From NCBI GenBank assembly GCA_963805585.1, contig CAWDUR010000026.1:174089-238088 (forward strand): 64,000 nucleotides of DNA. Reading direction: 5' to 3'. The notes under the pieces are model-generated. The model was not told the DNA's origin. It saw only the letters and a program-made list of their open reading frames with translations, and searched no databases. Each line of letters opens with the position of its first letter. The stretch's first letter is position 1. Shown piece by piece: positions 43,467 to 52,538 of the stretch. This DNA is from an uncultured Chloroflexia bacterium (lineage in GTDB: Bacteria > Chloroflexota > Limnocylindria > Limnocylindrales > CSP1-4). Position numbers and translations under genes: made by a program.

Positions 43467-43664
43467 CTACTCGTGGATGGTCACCTCATCGACGCGGCCA
43501 CCGATCAGCGAGACCAAGTCCGCCACGGCGTCACCCAGGAAGACGAAGGCGAGCAAGGCGACGACGACGATGAGGACTGCGATGAACGCGTACTCGAGCA
43601 GGTGGTCGTCATCGTCCCTGCGATGTTCCAGGAGCCGGTCGAGGTACTTCTTGGCTGACCTCAT
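43467..43664 (-). CDS. Flp/Fap-family prepilin (copy 2)
   Basis: MRSAKKYLDRLLEHRRDDDDHLLEYAFIAVLIVVVALLAFVFLGDAVADLV; 65 aa. Confidence 0.55.
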   Translation of the reverse strand: MRSAKKYLDRLLEHRRDDDDHLLEYAFIAVLIVVVALLAFVFLGDAVADLVSLIGGRVDEVTIHE

Positions 43665-43768
43665 TCAGGCGATACCCGCTCCCGGCCCTGACTGCGCTCC
43701 ACGCCCGCTCGATTCCCAGCACGGGGTCCTCGTTTCGCCCGACCCGATCCTGCCGACCCGGCCAATCC

Positions 43769-44164
43769 CTACTCGCCGATGACGGACCAGATGAAGCCCA
43801 TGAAGATGAAGATGCCCGCGAAGAGCCCGATAAGTGCCGGAACCCCGACCGTGTTGACCTCGAGCTGCAGGCTGGCCAGCAGGCCCATGGCCAGCGCCCA
43901 GCCGACGATCAGCACCAGGAAGAGGTACTTGGCGTTGACGGTCGTGATGGCCTGGACCCAGGCGGTCCGTCGGCGCTCCGGCACGATGAGGATGACCATG
44001 ATGAGGCTCACCATGATCGTCCCCAGCACGACTCCACCGAGGAAGCCGATGAACTGGCTCTTCTCGAACTCGGTCCGGAAGGCGCCATACAGCGAGACGA
44101 CGACCACGCCCAGAAGAACGAGGGCGAGGACGTAGCCCATTGTGCGCAGCCGGTCCCAAGTCAT
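43769..44164 (-). CDS. hypothetical 4-TM membrane protein between pilin genes (no prepilin-peptidase motifs)
   Basis: 131 aa hydrophobic ORF; opposite-strand ORF is low-complexity. Confidence 0.5.
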   Translation of the reverse strand: MTWDRLRTMGYVLALVLLGVVVVSLYGAFRTEFEKSQFIGFLGGVVLGTIMVSLIMVILIVPERRRTAWVQAITTVNAKYLFLVLIVGWALAMGLLASLQLEVNTVGVPALIGLFAGIFIFMGFIWSVIGE

Positions 44165-44284
44165 GGCGCCCGGAGTCTAGCAAACGGCCGGCGCGCCACG
44201 CGATTCGCGTCGGCATGCTGGGCTCGACCACCGTGATTGTCAGCGCAAGCTCGACGGCGATCAGAGGTCCGCTGACGACCTTGC

Positions 44285-44524
44285 TCACCTCGGCATTGAT
44301 CGGATCCCAGAACACGGCTTGTCGAGCTGCTGACCGAAGAAGGCCAGCGCGCCGATGACGACGATGGCGATGAGCGACAGGATGAGCGCGTACTCAGCCA
44401 GGCCCTGACCATGCTCGCCGCCGTGCTCGCCGGGACGGACCTCCGCGAGCGTGGCTCTGAGCCACAGGACGCGCCGTCCGACCCAGTCGGCCAGCGCGCC
44501 CGATTCCCTTCGTAGCTTGTCCAT
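44285..44524 (-). CDS. Flp/Fap-family prepilin (copy 3); start may be internal
   Basis: ..GEHGQG|LAEYALILSLIAIVVIGALAFFGQQLD; same G|LAEYALIL core as copy 1. Confidence 0.5.
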   Translation of the reverse strand: MDKLRRESGALADWVGRRVLWLRATLAEVRPGEHGGEHGQGLAEYALILSLIAIVVIGALAFFGQQLDKPCSGIRSMPR

Positions 44525-44914
44525 CGACTGTGTCTCCGATGGTGGACGGCTCGCTCACGAACCTGCCCGACGGCCCGCTCCCGGCCCTCGATCCTACGAT
44601 GACCGAGCGACCGTTCCTGGCAGCCACCGCGATGATGATGATGAAGCGCGTGCCTGCTCAGGATGCGATGCCGTGGGACAGGGCCCGGGCGCCGCTCGGT
44701 CGGTGCCCGTCCTTCGTATTCGGCTGTCCGATGATGGATGAATGCGCCGGCTCCGCGACCGGGGCCTTCACGGCCACGCGGGTCCAGCCAACGACAACGT
44801 ACCTCGCCGGGTCCGCTGACGGTATGGCACTTATGAGCCACCGGGGTCGGTGTGTCAAGACACCGGGCACCGGCTCGGTGCCAACGGCCAACGCGGCACG
44901 AGAGGTGACGCCGC

Positions 44915-46521
44915 GTGTCGGCGGTATCATCGCGGCCCATGCAGGACGCCACGGTAGCCACCACGGATCGACCACCCGGACAGGACGGCTGGGTCAACCC
45001 GCGCGACCCCGCCAGGGCCCTGGGCGCCGATGGTCGCCCGGCCCGCAGCCATCGCGCTCCCTTCTACGCTGACGTTCCTGACGAGCAATGGGACGACTGG
45101 CGCTGGCAGCTCTCCAACCGCGTCAACGACCTGGAGACGTTCTCCCGGATCCTGGAGCTCTCCGACGAGGAGCGCGCGGGCCTCGGCGCGCCGGACAAGT
45201 TCCGCGTCGACATCACGCCCTACTTCATCAGCCTCGTGGACCCGGCCGACCCGGACGATCCCATCCGCCGCCAGGTCATGCCCCTCGGTCGGGAGCAGGA
45301 GGCCTTCACGGCCATGATGGAGGACTCGCTGGCCGAGGACCGCCACTCGCCCGTGCCCGGCCTGGTGCACCGCTACCCGGACCGCGTGCTCATGCTGGTG
45401 ACCACGCAGTGCGCCTCGTACTGCCGCTACTGCACCCGCTCGCGCATCGTTGGCGACGCCGCCCAGAACTTCAACACGCGCGACTTCGAGGCGCAGCTCG
45501 ACTACCTGCGCCGCACGCCCCAGGTGCGCGACGTGCTCCTCTCGGGCGGCGACCCCCTGACCATGGCGCCCAAGCTGCTGGAGCGCGTGCTGCGCGGCCT
45601 GCGCGAGATCCCGCACATCGAGATCGTGCGCATCGGGACCCGCGTGCCGGTGTTCCTGCCGCAGCGCGTGGACGACGAGCTCTGCGAGATGCTGACGCGC
45701 TACCACCCGCTCTGGATGAACCTCCACTTCAACCACCCCAACGAGATCACGCCGGAGGTCTCGCGCGCGGTCGACATGCTGACGCGTGCCGGCATCCCCA
45801 TCGGCAACCAGTCCGTGCTGCTGGCCGGGGTAAACGACTGCGTGCACATCCAGCGCTCGCTGGTCCACAAGCTGGTCGAGAACCGTATCCGCCCCTACTA
45901 CCTCTACCAGTGCGACCTCGTGGAGGGCTCCGGGCACTTCCGCACGCCCGTGGGCAAGGGCCTCGAGATCATCGAGGGGCTTCGCGGGCATACCAGCGGC
46001 TATGCCGTGCCGACCTACGTCATCGACGCGCCGGGCGGCGGTGGCAAGATCCCGGTCATGCCCAACTACCTCATCAGCTACTCGGACCACAAGGTCATCC
46101 TGCGCAACTACGAGGGCTACATCACGACCTACGAGGAGCCCACCGACTACCAGGCGCACCAGCCCTCCAGCTGCTCCTGGTGCCGATCAGAGCGCTCGGA
46201 GCCGGACAGGGCGGCGTGCACGCGCTGCTCCAGGGCGAGGCCATGTGGATCGAGCCGGCCGGCTTCGCGCAGATCCATTCGCGCGGCAACGAGGAGCAGC
46301 ACCGCCTCCAGTCGCCGGAGAAGTGGGTGCCTTATGGAGTGGGTGCCATCGAGGGCCAGGCTGGCCGACAGCTCCCGGTGCTCGGTGCCGGCGACGAGGA
46401 CGACGGCGGAGCGGAGATGGCTCGAGCGTCCGCCAGCGCTGCCGCTCCGTTCGCCCCTGGCGAGGAGCCGCGGCCTCGCGAGGGCGAGCCCACGGCATCT
46501 GCGCACGGGGAGCTTCTCTAA
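44915..46521 (+). pseudogene. kamA: lysine 2,3-aminomutase (radical SAM, KamA) with apparent frameshift near 46185
   Basis: ..QWDDWRWQLSNRVNDLETF..; radical-SAM CASYCRYCTRSR; ..GNQSVLLAGVNDC..PYYLYQCDLVEGSGHFR; C-term ..GQGGVHALLQGEAMWIEPAGF in another frame. Confidence 0.75.
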
Positions 46522-46527
46522 CCTCGG

Positions 46528-46956
46528 GTGGGCTTCCTGCGGCGGCTGCTTGGCGGATCCGGCGATGGCGGGGAGGCGCGCGCACCCGCGACCGCTGCCA
46601 CTGATGACGAGGCCGAGTGGCGCACGGCCCATGAGGCCACCTTCGACGCCACCGCCGACCGACATCGGGTGACGGTCTGGCTGCGCCTCGCGGACCCGAC
46701 ATTCGAGAGCGTCCGCGAGCAACAGCGGCTCTTCGCGCTGGAGAACAGCCTCATGCGCGCCCTCGACGAGTCCGGCGCGGGCGAGCACGATTCCAACTCG
46801 CTCGAGACCGGCTACCTGGCCATTCGCCTCGTGGGCACCGACGCTGACACCGTCCTGGACGTCGTGCGGCCGCTCCTGGTGGGGGCCGCGCCGGGCAGCT
46901 ACCTGGCCGTGCGGCGCGGACCTGCGGGCAGCGGCGAGGATCGCGAAGAGCTCTGA
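46528..46956 (+). CDS. hypothetical protein (GTG start)
   Basis: 142 aa, non-repetitive: ..HRVTVWLRLADPTFESVREQQRLFALENSLMRALDESGAGEHDSNSLETGYLAIRLVG.. Confidence 0.45.
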   Translation: MGFLRRLLGGSGDGGEARAPATAATDDEAEWRTAHEATFDATADRHRVTVWLRLADPTFESVREQQRLFALENSLMRALDESGAGEHDSNSLETGYLAIRLVGTDADTVLDVVRPLLVGAAPGSYLAVRRGPAGSGEDREEL

Positions 46957-47369
46957 TGCTGCTCAGAGAGCCTCCCGGGTTGCCGGACGCCAGCCTCCAG
47001 CCACCCGTCGTCGCGGTCCCCGGCGACCCCTTCGCCGACCTGCGCGTCGTGCACCTGCTGGCCCGCCTCCCCCGCGCCGAGTTGATCCGCCTCCGCGACA
47101 TCGTCGATCGCCTCAACGCCGAGCATCTCGACTGGTCCTTCTCGCGAGCGGTGGTCATCGCCTCCGCGGTGCAGCTGCAGGCCGACTGGCGCTCCGACTA
47201 TCGCAGCAGCGATGGGATCCAGGTGCAGGACGGGCCCGCCGGCCCGGAGCTGCTCATCGAGGACAGTGCTCGTGTCGACCCCTGGATCGTGCGACAGGTG
47301 GAACGCCGCCGGGCCCTCTGCCTGGAGCAGTTGCGCGTCTTCGCGAACGAGGAGGGCGCCGCTCCCTGA
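46956..47369 (+). CDS. hypothetical protein (ATG overlaps upstream TGA)
   Basis: 137 aa; ..RVVHLLARLPRAELIRLRDIVDRLNAEHLDWSFSRAVVIASAV..; stop lies in first unit of repeat array. Confidence 0.4.
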   Translation: MLLREPPGLPDASLQPPVVAVPGDPFADLRVVHLLARLPRAELIRLRDIVDRLNAEHLDWSFSRAVVIASAVQLQADWRSDYRSSDGIQVQDGPAGPELLIEDSARVDPWIVRQVERRRALCLEQLRVFANEEGAAP

Positions 47370-47523
47370 CCAGGGCTGCCGCTCCCTGACCAGGGCTGCC
47401 GCCGCCTGACGAGGGTGCCGCTCCTGACCCAGGGCGCCGCTCCCTGACCCGGGCGCCACTCTGACCACGGCGCCGCCCGACGGCGAGGGCGCCGCGCCAC
47501 CCCTGCCTCACCGCTCCCTGAGA
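47358..47523. repeat. tandem array of ~7 degenerating 19-20-bp units (GCCGCTCCCTGACCAGGGCT) filling the convergent intergenic gap
   Basis: units at 47358, 47378, 47398, 47417, 47436, 47455.. each with CTGAC and an imperfect CCCTG..CAGGG inverted motif; no spacers. Confidence 0.8.
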
Positions 47524-47543
47524 GGTTCATCGGACGCCCTGTC

Positions 47544-48611
47544 TCAGGCGCGAGCCCGATAGACGGCCTCCAGGATCTCGATGGCGGGCTCCAGCGGCGC
47601 CTGCCAGAGGTTGGTGAGGAAGGCGAAGGCGAAACCGGCCTCTGGATCCACCCAGATGCGACCACCGGAGATGCCTCCGTGCGTGAAGACTCGCTCTGAC
47701 CCGGGCCACTCCGTCTGTGGCTTGCGCCAACCCAGGCCCTGCCGGATCTCGTGGACGTGCCCGTCCGGACCCTGGTGCGTGAGACCGTCGGCCTGGCTAC
47801 GCCCCATCTCGTCGATGGCCGCCTGGCTCAGGACGCGCGGGCCGAGCGCTGTGCCGTTGGTCGGCAGGAGGGCCCGGCCCAGGGCCAGGAGGTCCGGGAG
47901 GCTACCGAACAGTCCGCCGCCGGGCAGCTGTGCCCGGGCCAGGAAGCGCAGCAGCAGCTCCTGCACCAACCGGTTGTCCATCCGCGAGCCCTGCACCGGC
48001 ACGATGCGCGAGCGCCGTGAGCGCGGGTCGAAGCTCGTGTCGGCCATGCCCAGCGGCCGCGTCAGGCGCAGCGCGAGAGCATCGGCGAAGGGCATCCCGC
48101 TGAGCCGCGCCATGACCTCCGAGAGAAGGACCCAGGCAGCCGAGTTGTACTCGTAGTGGTTGCCGGGAGGCCAGGCGGGCTGGCTGCCAGTCACGAAGGC
48201 GACGGTCTTGCGGTAGGCGGGCCGCTCACGTCGCAGGGTCTCCAGGGAGATGTCGGGCAGTCCGGAGGTGTGCGTCAGCACGTGCCAGGCGCTGACGCCG
48301 GCGGCGCCGCCGTCGAGCTCGGGCAGATAACGAACCAGCGGCGCGTGGACGTCGAGGCGCCCCTCGTCCACGTACTGCATGACCGCCGTGGCCACGATGG
48401 CCTTGCTGATGGACGCCAGGAAGAAGACCGAGTCTTCAGCGACGCGCAGTCCCGGCGCGGCCACGATCCGCGTGGCCGTGCGGCCGGCGGCGTCCACCAG
48501 GCCGAAGCTGGCGCAGGGCAACGTGTCGGCGCTGACGTGCCGGGCGGCGATGGCGCGCGCCTCCGACAGGTCGAGCATCGTCACATCCAGGCGCGGAGCG
48601 GGCACGGTCAT
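47544..48611 (-). CDS. serine hydrolase (beta-lactamase / PBP4*-related family, SxxK motif)
   Basis: MTVPAPRLDVTMLDLSEARAIAARHV..VFFLASISKAIVATAVMQYV..; ATG (cat) 48609-48611. Confidence 0.75.
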   Translation of the reverse strand: MTVPAPRLDVTMLDLSEARAIAARHVSADTLPCASFGLVDAAGRTATRIVAAPGLRVAEDSVFFLASISKAIVATAVMQYVDEGRLDVHAPLVRYLPELDGGAAGVSAWHVLTHTSGLPDISLETLRRERPAYRKTVAFVTGSQPAWPPGNHYEYNSAAWVLLSEVMARLSGMPFADALALRLTRPLGMADTSFDPRSRRSRIVPVQGSRMDNRLVQELLLRFLARAQLPGGGLFGSLPDLLALGRALLPTNGTALGPRVLSQAAIDEMGRSQADGLTHQGPDGHVHEIRQGLGWRKPQTEWPGSERVFTHGGISGGRIWVDPEAGFAFAFLTNLWQAPLEPAIEILEAVYRARA

Positions 48612-49038
48612 GTCCGCCGATGATAGGGACGTGACCCGCGACGAGTATGCGAGCCAGGTCCGCCAGCTCCTCGTAGAGGGCGAGCGACTGCAAACGCGCC
48701 CTTCACTGGCCGCCCTGCGCACGTGGATCGCTGTCTCCGACGAGCTGCTCCGGCTGGCCTGGGGGTCGATGGACCGCTACCACCTTTCGTGGCTCATGGT
48801 GGGGCGGCCAGCCGATGCCATCCGCGGGCGGGCCATGACCGCCGATGAAGAGGCGAGCTACGTGCGCCAGGTCGCCGCGGCCAAGTCGGCGGCCCTGCGC
48901 ATGAGTCTCAAGGCCGTCGAGGAGGACGGCATGCCCTTCTTCGGCCAGGAGATCAGCGACGGACACAAGCCCGACCGCCGACACGAGGCCGACGGCGTGC
49001 CCGGGACCGACCGCGGGCACGACCGACCGCGGACGTGA
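48610..49038 (+). CDS. hypothetical protein; start codon overlaps the divergent serine hydrolase start by 2 nt
   Basis: MSADDRDVTRDEYASQVRQLLVEGERLQTRPSLAALRTWIAVSDELLRLAWGSMDRYHLSWLMVGRPADAIRGRAMTADEEASYVRQVAAAKSAALRM.. Confidence 0.4.
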   Translation: MSADDRDVTRDEYASQVRQLLVEGERLQTRPSLAALRTWIAVSDELLRLAWGSMDRYHLSWLMVGRPADAIRGRAMTADEEASYVRQVAAAKSAALRMSLKAVEEDGMPFFGQEISDGHKPDRRHEADGVPGTDRGHDRPRT

Positions 49039-49053
49039 GGTCTGACCAGCCGA

Positions 49054-49479
49054 TCAGCCCGTGGGCCGGGCCGAAGGACGCGCACCGTAGGCTGCCGCAG
49101 CCACTGTTACGAGCAAGCCGGCCACCTCCAGGAACCCGATCTGCGGGCTCAGCCAGTCGAGCAGCGGAGTGCCCTCCAGGCGTTCCAAGAAGGTCCGGCT
49201 GGAGCTGGGCAGCAGAGCCATGGCCAGCAGCCAGCTGAAGACGAGGCCGAGGGCCCAGGCCGCCAGGCCCAGGAGCACGGCCAACAGCACCGGCGCGCGG
49301 CCCTGGCGCAAGACGACGCCGATGGCCCAGCCTCCCAGCGCCGATACGACCAGGGCGCTCAGGCCCAGCTCGAGCACACCGCGCAGCACCGCCCAGGCCG
49401 CCGCCGTCAGCGATGCGGCACCGCAGGCCATGCAGGAGCGTCCGGGACAGCGAACGCGGCGGTCGGCCGCGACCGCCAT
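49054..49479 (-). CDS. hypothetical 3-TM membrane protein with N-terminal Cys-x-Gly-x2-Cys..C-x2-C element
   Basis: MAVAADRRVRCPGRSCMACGAASLTAAAWAVLRGVLELGLSALVVSALGGWAIGVVL..; upstream part of 330-aa ORF is antisense of 49612..50112. Confidence 0.4.
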   Translation of the reverse strand: MAVAADRRVRCPGRSCMACGAASLTAAAWAVLRGVLELGLSALVVSALGGWAIGVVLRQGRAPVLLAVLLGLAAWALGLVFSWLLAMALLPSSSRTFLERLEGTPLLDWLSPQIGFLEVAGLLVTVAAAAYGARPSARPTG

Positions 49480-49611
49480 CCACGCCGCGGAAATGCCAGC
49501 CTCGCCCGCGCGGCTCGTCCGTGGGGCCGGACAGCCGTCGCTCTCCGGGTTCGTCCATGGCGCCACTGTAGCCGCGCCGCCGGCGCACCAGTCGCTAGAC
49601 TGGGCCCGTCG

Positions 49612-50112
49612 ATGCCGCACCCTGCTCTCGGACTGCCGCCCTCGGACCACAGCGCCGGCCACCCGGCCGTTGCTGCGCGCCTGCGTGCCACGAACCGCCT
49701 TCCGGAACTCGCGCTGGATGCTGCGCTTCGCGTGGACCCATCGCTGCGCGACCGCTATGACGACCTCATGCTGCGCCGATTCCTGCGTGACTACGAGCGA
49801 CATGTCGAACAGCTGGCGCAGGCCGTGGCCACGGGTGAGGACCACTTCGTGGTCGTCTACGGCGAGGACCTGGTGCCCAGCTACCGCCGGCGCAAGGTGC
49901 GCATGACCGATGTCGTCTCGCTCCTGCGCGGGTTGGAGGAGGCCGCCGTGGCCACGGGACCTTCGTCTGAGGCGGAGATCATCAGGGCGCCCATGCACGC
50001 CTGGATCGCCTGCCTGCGCCGCCATCGCCGCTTGCCGGGCGACCATGCCGGCAACCGGGTCGTGCGCTTCATCTGGAAGGGCGCGGGTCTCGGCGACGAC
50101 ACGGTCGTCTGA
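49612..50112 (+). CDS. hypothetical protein (166 aa), translationally coupled (TGATG) to DUF433 gene
   Basis: ..LRVDPSLRDRYDDLMLRRFLRDYERHVEQLAQAVATGEDHFVVVYGEDLVPSYRRRKVRMTDVVSLLRGLEEAAV.. Confidence 0.45.
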   Translation: MPHPALGLPPSDHSAGHPAVAARLRATNRLPELALDAALRVDPSLRDRYDDLMLRRFLRDYERHVEQLAQAVATGEDHFVVVYGEDLVPSYRRRKVRMTDVVSLLRGLEEAAVATGPSSEAEIIRAPMHAWIACLRRHRRLPGDHAGNRVVRFIWKGAGLGDDTVV

Positions 50113-50480
50113 TGACCATCAAATGGGTCAAGTCGGACCCGCTGGTCATGAACGGTGAGCCCTTCTGCTATGGCACGCGGCTGACCGTGCGCAACCTGCT
50201 GGAGATGCGTGCCAACGGGCTCACTCCGGCCGACATGCTTGCCCAGCATCCCGAGCTGCGCCTGGTCGGCATCGCCGAGGCCTTCCGGTACGCCACCGAC
50301 CACCCGGAGCGTTACGCGAGCTTCGTGGGGGCGGATGGAGCGATCCAGGGGCCCGGCTTCTCGCCCGCCGATGCAGCCCGGCTGCCTGACGACCTGCGCG
50401 CCGTGCCCGGCATGGTCGACGCGCCCGACACCACCGCGGTCGCCGCCACCACGGGTCTAGTCCCTGGCCGTGCCGTGTGA
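50112..50480 (+). CDS. DUF433-domain protein (antitoxin-like small HTH-related family) with ~45-aa C-terminal extension
   Basis: MTIKWVKSDPLVMNGEPFCYGTRLTVRNLLEMRANGLTPADMLAQHPELRLVGIAEAFRYA. Confidence 0.55.
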   Translation: MTIKWVKSDPLVMNGEPFCYGTRLTVRNLLEMRANGLTPADMLAQHPELRLVGIAEAFRYATDHPERYASFVGADGAIQGPGFSPADAARLPDDLRAVPGMVDAPDTTAVAATTGLVPGRAV

Positions 50481-50517
50481 GGGCTAGCCGCGGAGCCGGG
50501 TGTAGGATGGCGCCACG

Positions 50518-50871
50518 ATGTCCGATCAGACACTCTCCGAGGACGCCCTCGGCCCGACCATCGCCGCTTCCGCTATGCCGACGTTCGATCCGGTGACACG
50601 CTCCCGCGAGCTGGCCGTCCTCGATGCGCTGCGCGCGGTGGTCGACCCGGAGATCGGCATGAACGTGGTGGAACTGGCGCTCATCAAACAGGTCATCCTG
50701 GGCGACGAGCTGACCGAGATCAAGATGATCCTCACGACGCCCTTCTGTCCCTATGCCGGCTCCATGATCCAGCAGGTCAAGGAGGCGGCCGAGGAGGCCG
50801 AGGGTCACGAGGTCAAGGTCACGCTGCTGGCCGAGCGCTGGGATCCGCGGGACGCCGGCCTGACCTGGTGA
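50518..50871 (+). CDS. sufT: Fe-S cluster assembly protein SufT (DUF59/MIP18 family)
   Basis: ..LDALRAVVDPEIGMNVVELALIKQVIL..ILTTPFCPYAGSMIQQVKE; 117 aa. Confidence 0.75.
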   Translation: MSDQTLSEDALGPTIAASAMPTFDPVTRSRELAVLDALRAVVDPEIGMNVVELALIKQVILGDELTEIKMILTTPFCPYAGSMIQQVKEAAEEAEGHEVKVTLLAERWDPRDAGLTW

Positions 50872-51521
50872 ACGACGCCGCGAGGGCGTCCCGCGAGCGC
50901 ATCGCGGGCAGCGCCGTCGCCACGGGCAAGGGCGACGACGGCACGACCGGCCTGCTCTACGGAGGCCGCATCGCCAAGGACGATGCCCGCGCCGAGGCCT
51001 ACGGCACCATCGACGAGGCCGTGGCCTGCCTGGGCCTGGCACGGGCAGAGCTGGGCGTCATGCGAGCTGCGGGTTCGATGCCGCCGGCGCTCCTGGACCT
51101 TGGCGAGACGCTCCTCTCGCTGCAGCGCGAGCTCTTCGTGGCGGGCGCGGAGCTGGCGACCAATCCGGATGCCTGGGATCGCTTGCGAGACGGGGAGACC
51201 CGCGTCGACGAGGCCATGCTCAGTGCCCTTGAGGACCGGCTGCGGGCAGCAGAAGAGGCCGTGCAGATGCCCCGGGAGTTCATCGTGCCCGGCGCCAGCC
51301 GTCTCTCGGCCGCTCTTGACGTGAGCCGCACCGTGGTCCGCCGGGCCGAACGGCGCGTCATCGCCCTCGACCACGATCGCCTCGTGCCGGGCGCCTGGCT
51401 GATGCCGTACCTCAATCGCTTGGCCGACCTGCTCTGGGTGCTGGCGCGTCTCACCGAGCAGGCCGAGGGCACCGCCGGCGAGTCGTCACGCGCGTCGGCA
51501 TCGTCACGCGCCTCCGACTGA
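50868..51521 (+). CDS. cob(I)yrinic acid a,c-diamide / cob(I)alamin adenosyltransferase, PduO type (GTG start overlapping sufT stop)
   Basis: ..GKGDDGTTGLLYGGRIAKDDARAEAYGTIDEAVACLGLAR..; 217 aa. Confidence 0.75.
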   Translation: MNDAARASRERIAGSAVATGKGDDGTTGLLYGGRIAKDDARAEAYGTIDEAVACLGLARAELGVMRAAGSMPPALLDLGETLLSLQRELFVAGAELATNPDAWDRLRDGETRVDEAMLSALEDRLRAAEEAVQMPREFIVPGASRLSAALDVSRTVVRRAERRVIALDHDRLVPGAWLMPYLNRLADLLWVLARLTEQAEGTAGESSRASASSRASD

Positions 51522-51635
51522 CTCCGCCATCCGGATCCGACCCTTGACTCCCTGTCGCAGGCTTGTCATGGGCTCCTCGCTAGACTGTCTAGCCACGACG
51601 CCCGGGGACGGGCGCCCTTGAAAGGAACGAGAAAC

Positions 51636-52406
51636 GTGCATGCGAACGACAGCGACCCCCTGAACCGCGCCCAGGCGCCATCGAACCAGGCCGGCGCCGG
51701 GTCGTCCTCCGCCTCGAGCATCGCTCGAGCCCAGCCCCTGGTGGCCACGGCACCCCGCGAAGGCTTCCTGACCGGCAGCTTCGTCTGGATGTTCGTGGGC
51801 GTGCTGTTGTCCGCCGTGTCCGCCGCCTTCGTGATGGGCAACGAGCAGCTCCTTGAGCAGGTCCAGGACCTCTGGCTGCCGCTCTTCATCGGCCAGCTCG
51901 TGCTGGTGATGGCCATCACCTTCCTCATCCAGCGCATCTCGCCCGTCGTGGCCCTCGGTCTCTTCTTCGTCTACGCCCTGACCATGGGCCTGACGCTCGG
52001 CGTCATCGTGCTCGCCTATGTGGGCACCATCGGCATCTCCGGCGTCGTCTCGGCCTTCGCCGGCGCGGCCGGCATCTTCGGTGGTGCGGCGCTCTACGGC
52101 GTGGTCACCAAGCGCGACCTGACCAGCCTCGGCGGCATCCTCTTCATGGGCCTCATCGGCCTTCTCGTGGTCATGTTCCTGCAGATCTTCTTCTTCGCGG
52201 ACAGCAGCATGGCCAGCCTGCTCATCGGCCTCCTGGGCGTCGGCATCTTCACGGGACTGACGGCCTGGGACGTTCAGCGGCTCAAGAACGGCGCCATCCC
52301 GGGCATCAACAAGGACTCGGCCACCGTCCTGGGCGCGCTGACCCTGTACCTCGACTTCGTCAACCTCTTCCTGTTCATGCTGCGCATCTTCGGCAGCAGC
52401 CGCTGA
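51636..52406 (+). CDS. Bax inhibitor-1/YccA-family membrane protein
   Basis: 7-TM ORF ..FVWMFVGVLLSAVSAAFVMG..GLTAWDVQRLKNGAIPG..LYLDFVNLFLFMLRIFG; GTG 51636 after aaagga SD. Confidence 0.75.
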   Translation: MHANDSDPLNRAQAPSNQAGAGSSSASSIARAQPLVATAPREGFLTGSFVWMFVGVLLSAVSAAFVMGNEQLLEQVQDLWLPLFIGQLVLVMAITFLIQRISPVVALGLFFVYALTMGLTLGVIVLAYVGTIGISGVVSAFAGAAGIFGGAALYGVVTKRDLTSLGGILFMGLIGLLVVMFLQIFFFADSSMASLLIGLLGVGIFTGLTAWDVQRLKNGAIPGINKDSATVLGALTLYLDFVNLFLFMLRIFGSSR

Positions 52407-52538
52407 CCCGCGTCGAGGGCTGCGGCCCTGGCACCTGAGGCCGACGCGCCCGGCCTCGCGGTCGAACGGCGGGCACGTCCAGGGGCCCGGGATGCGTGTA
52501 CGCTGTGCCAGACGTTCAGACCACATCGAGGTCGTGAC

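Noticed and set aside
47358-47523. Possible CRISPR array (20-bp repeats)
   Set aside because: No spacers between units and units degenerate progressively. It is a simple tandem array.
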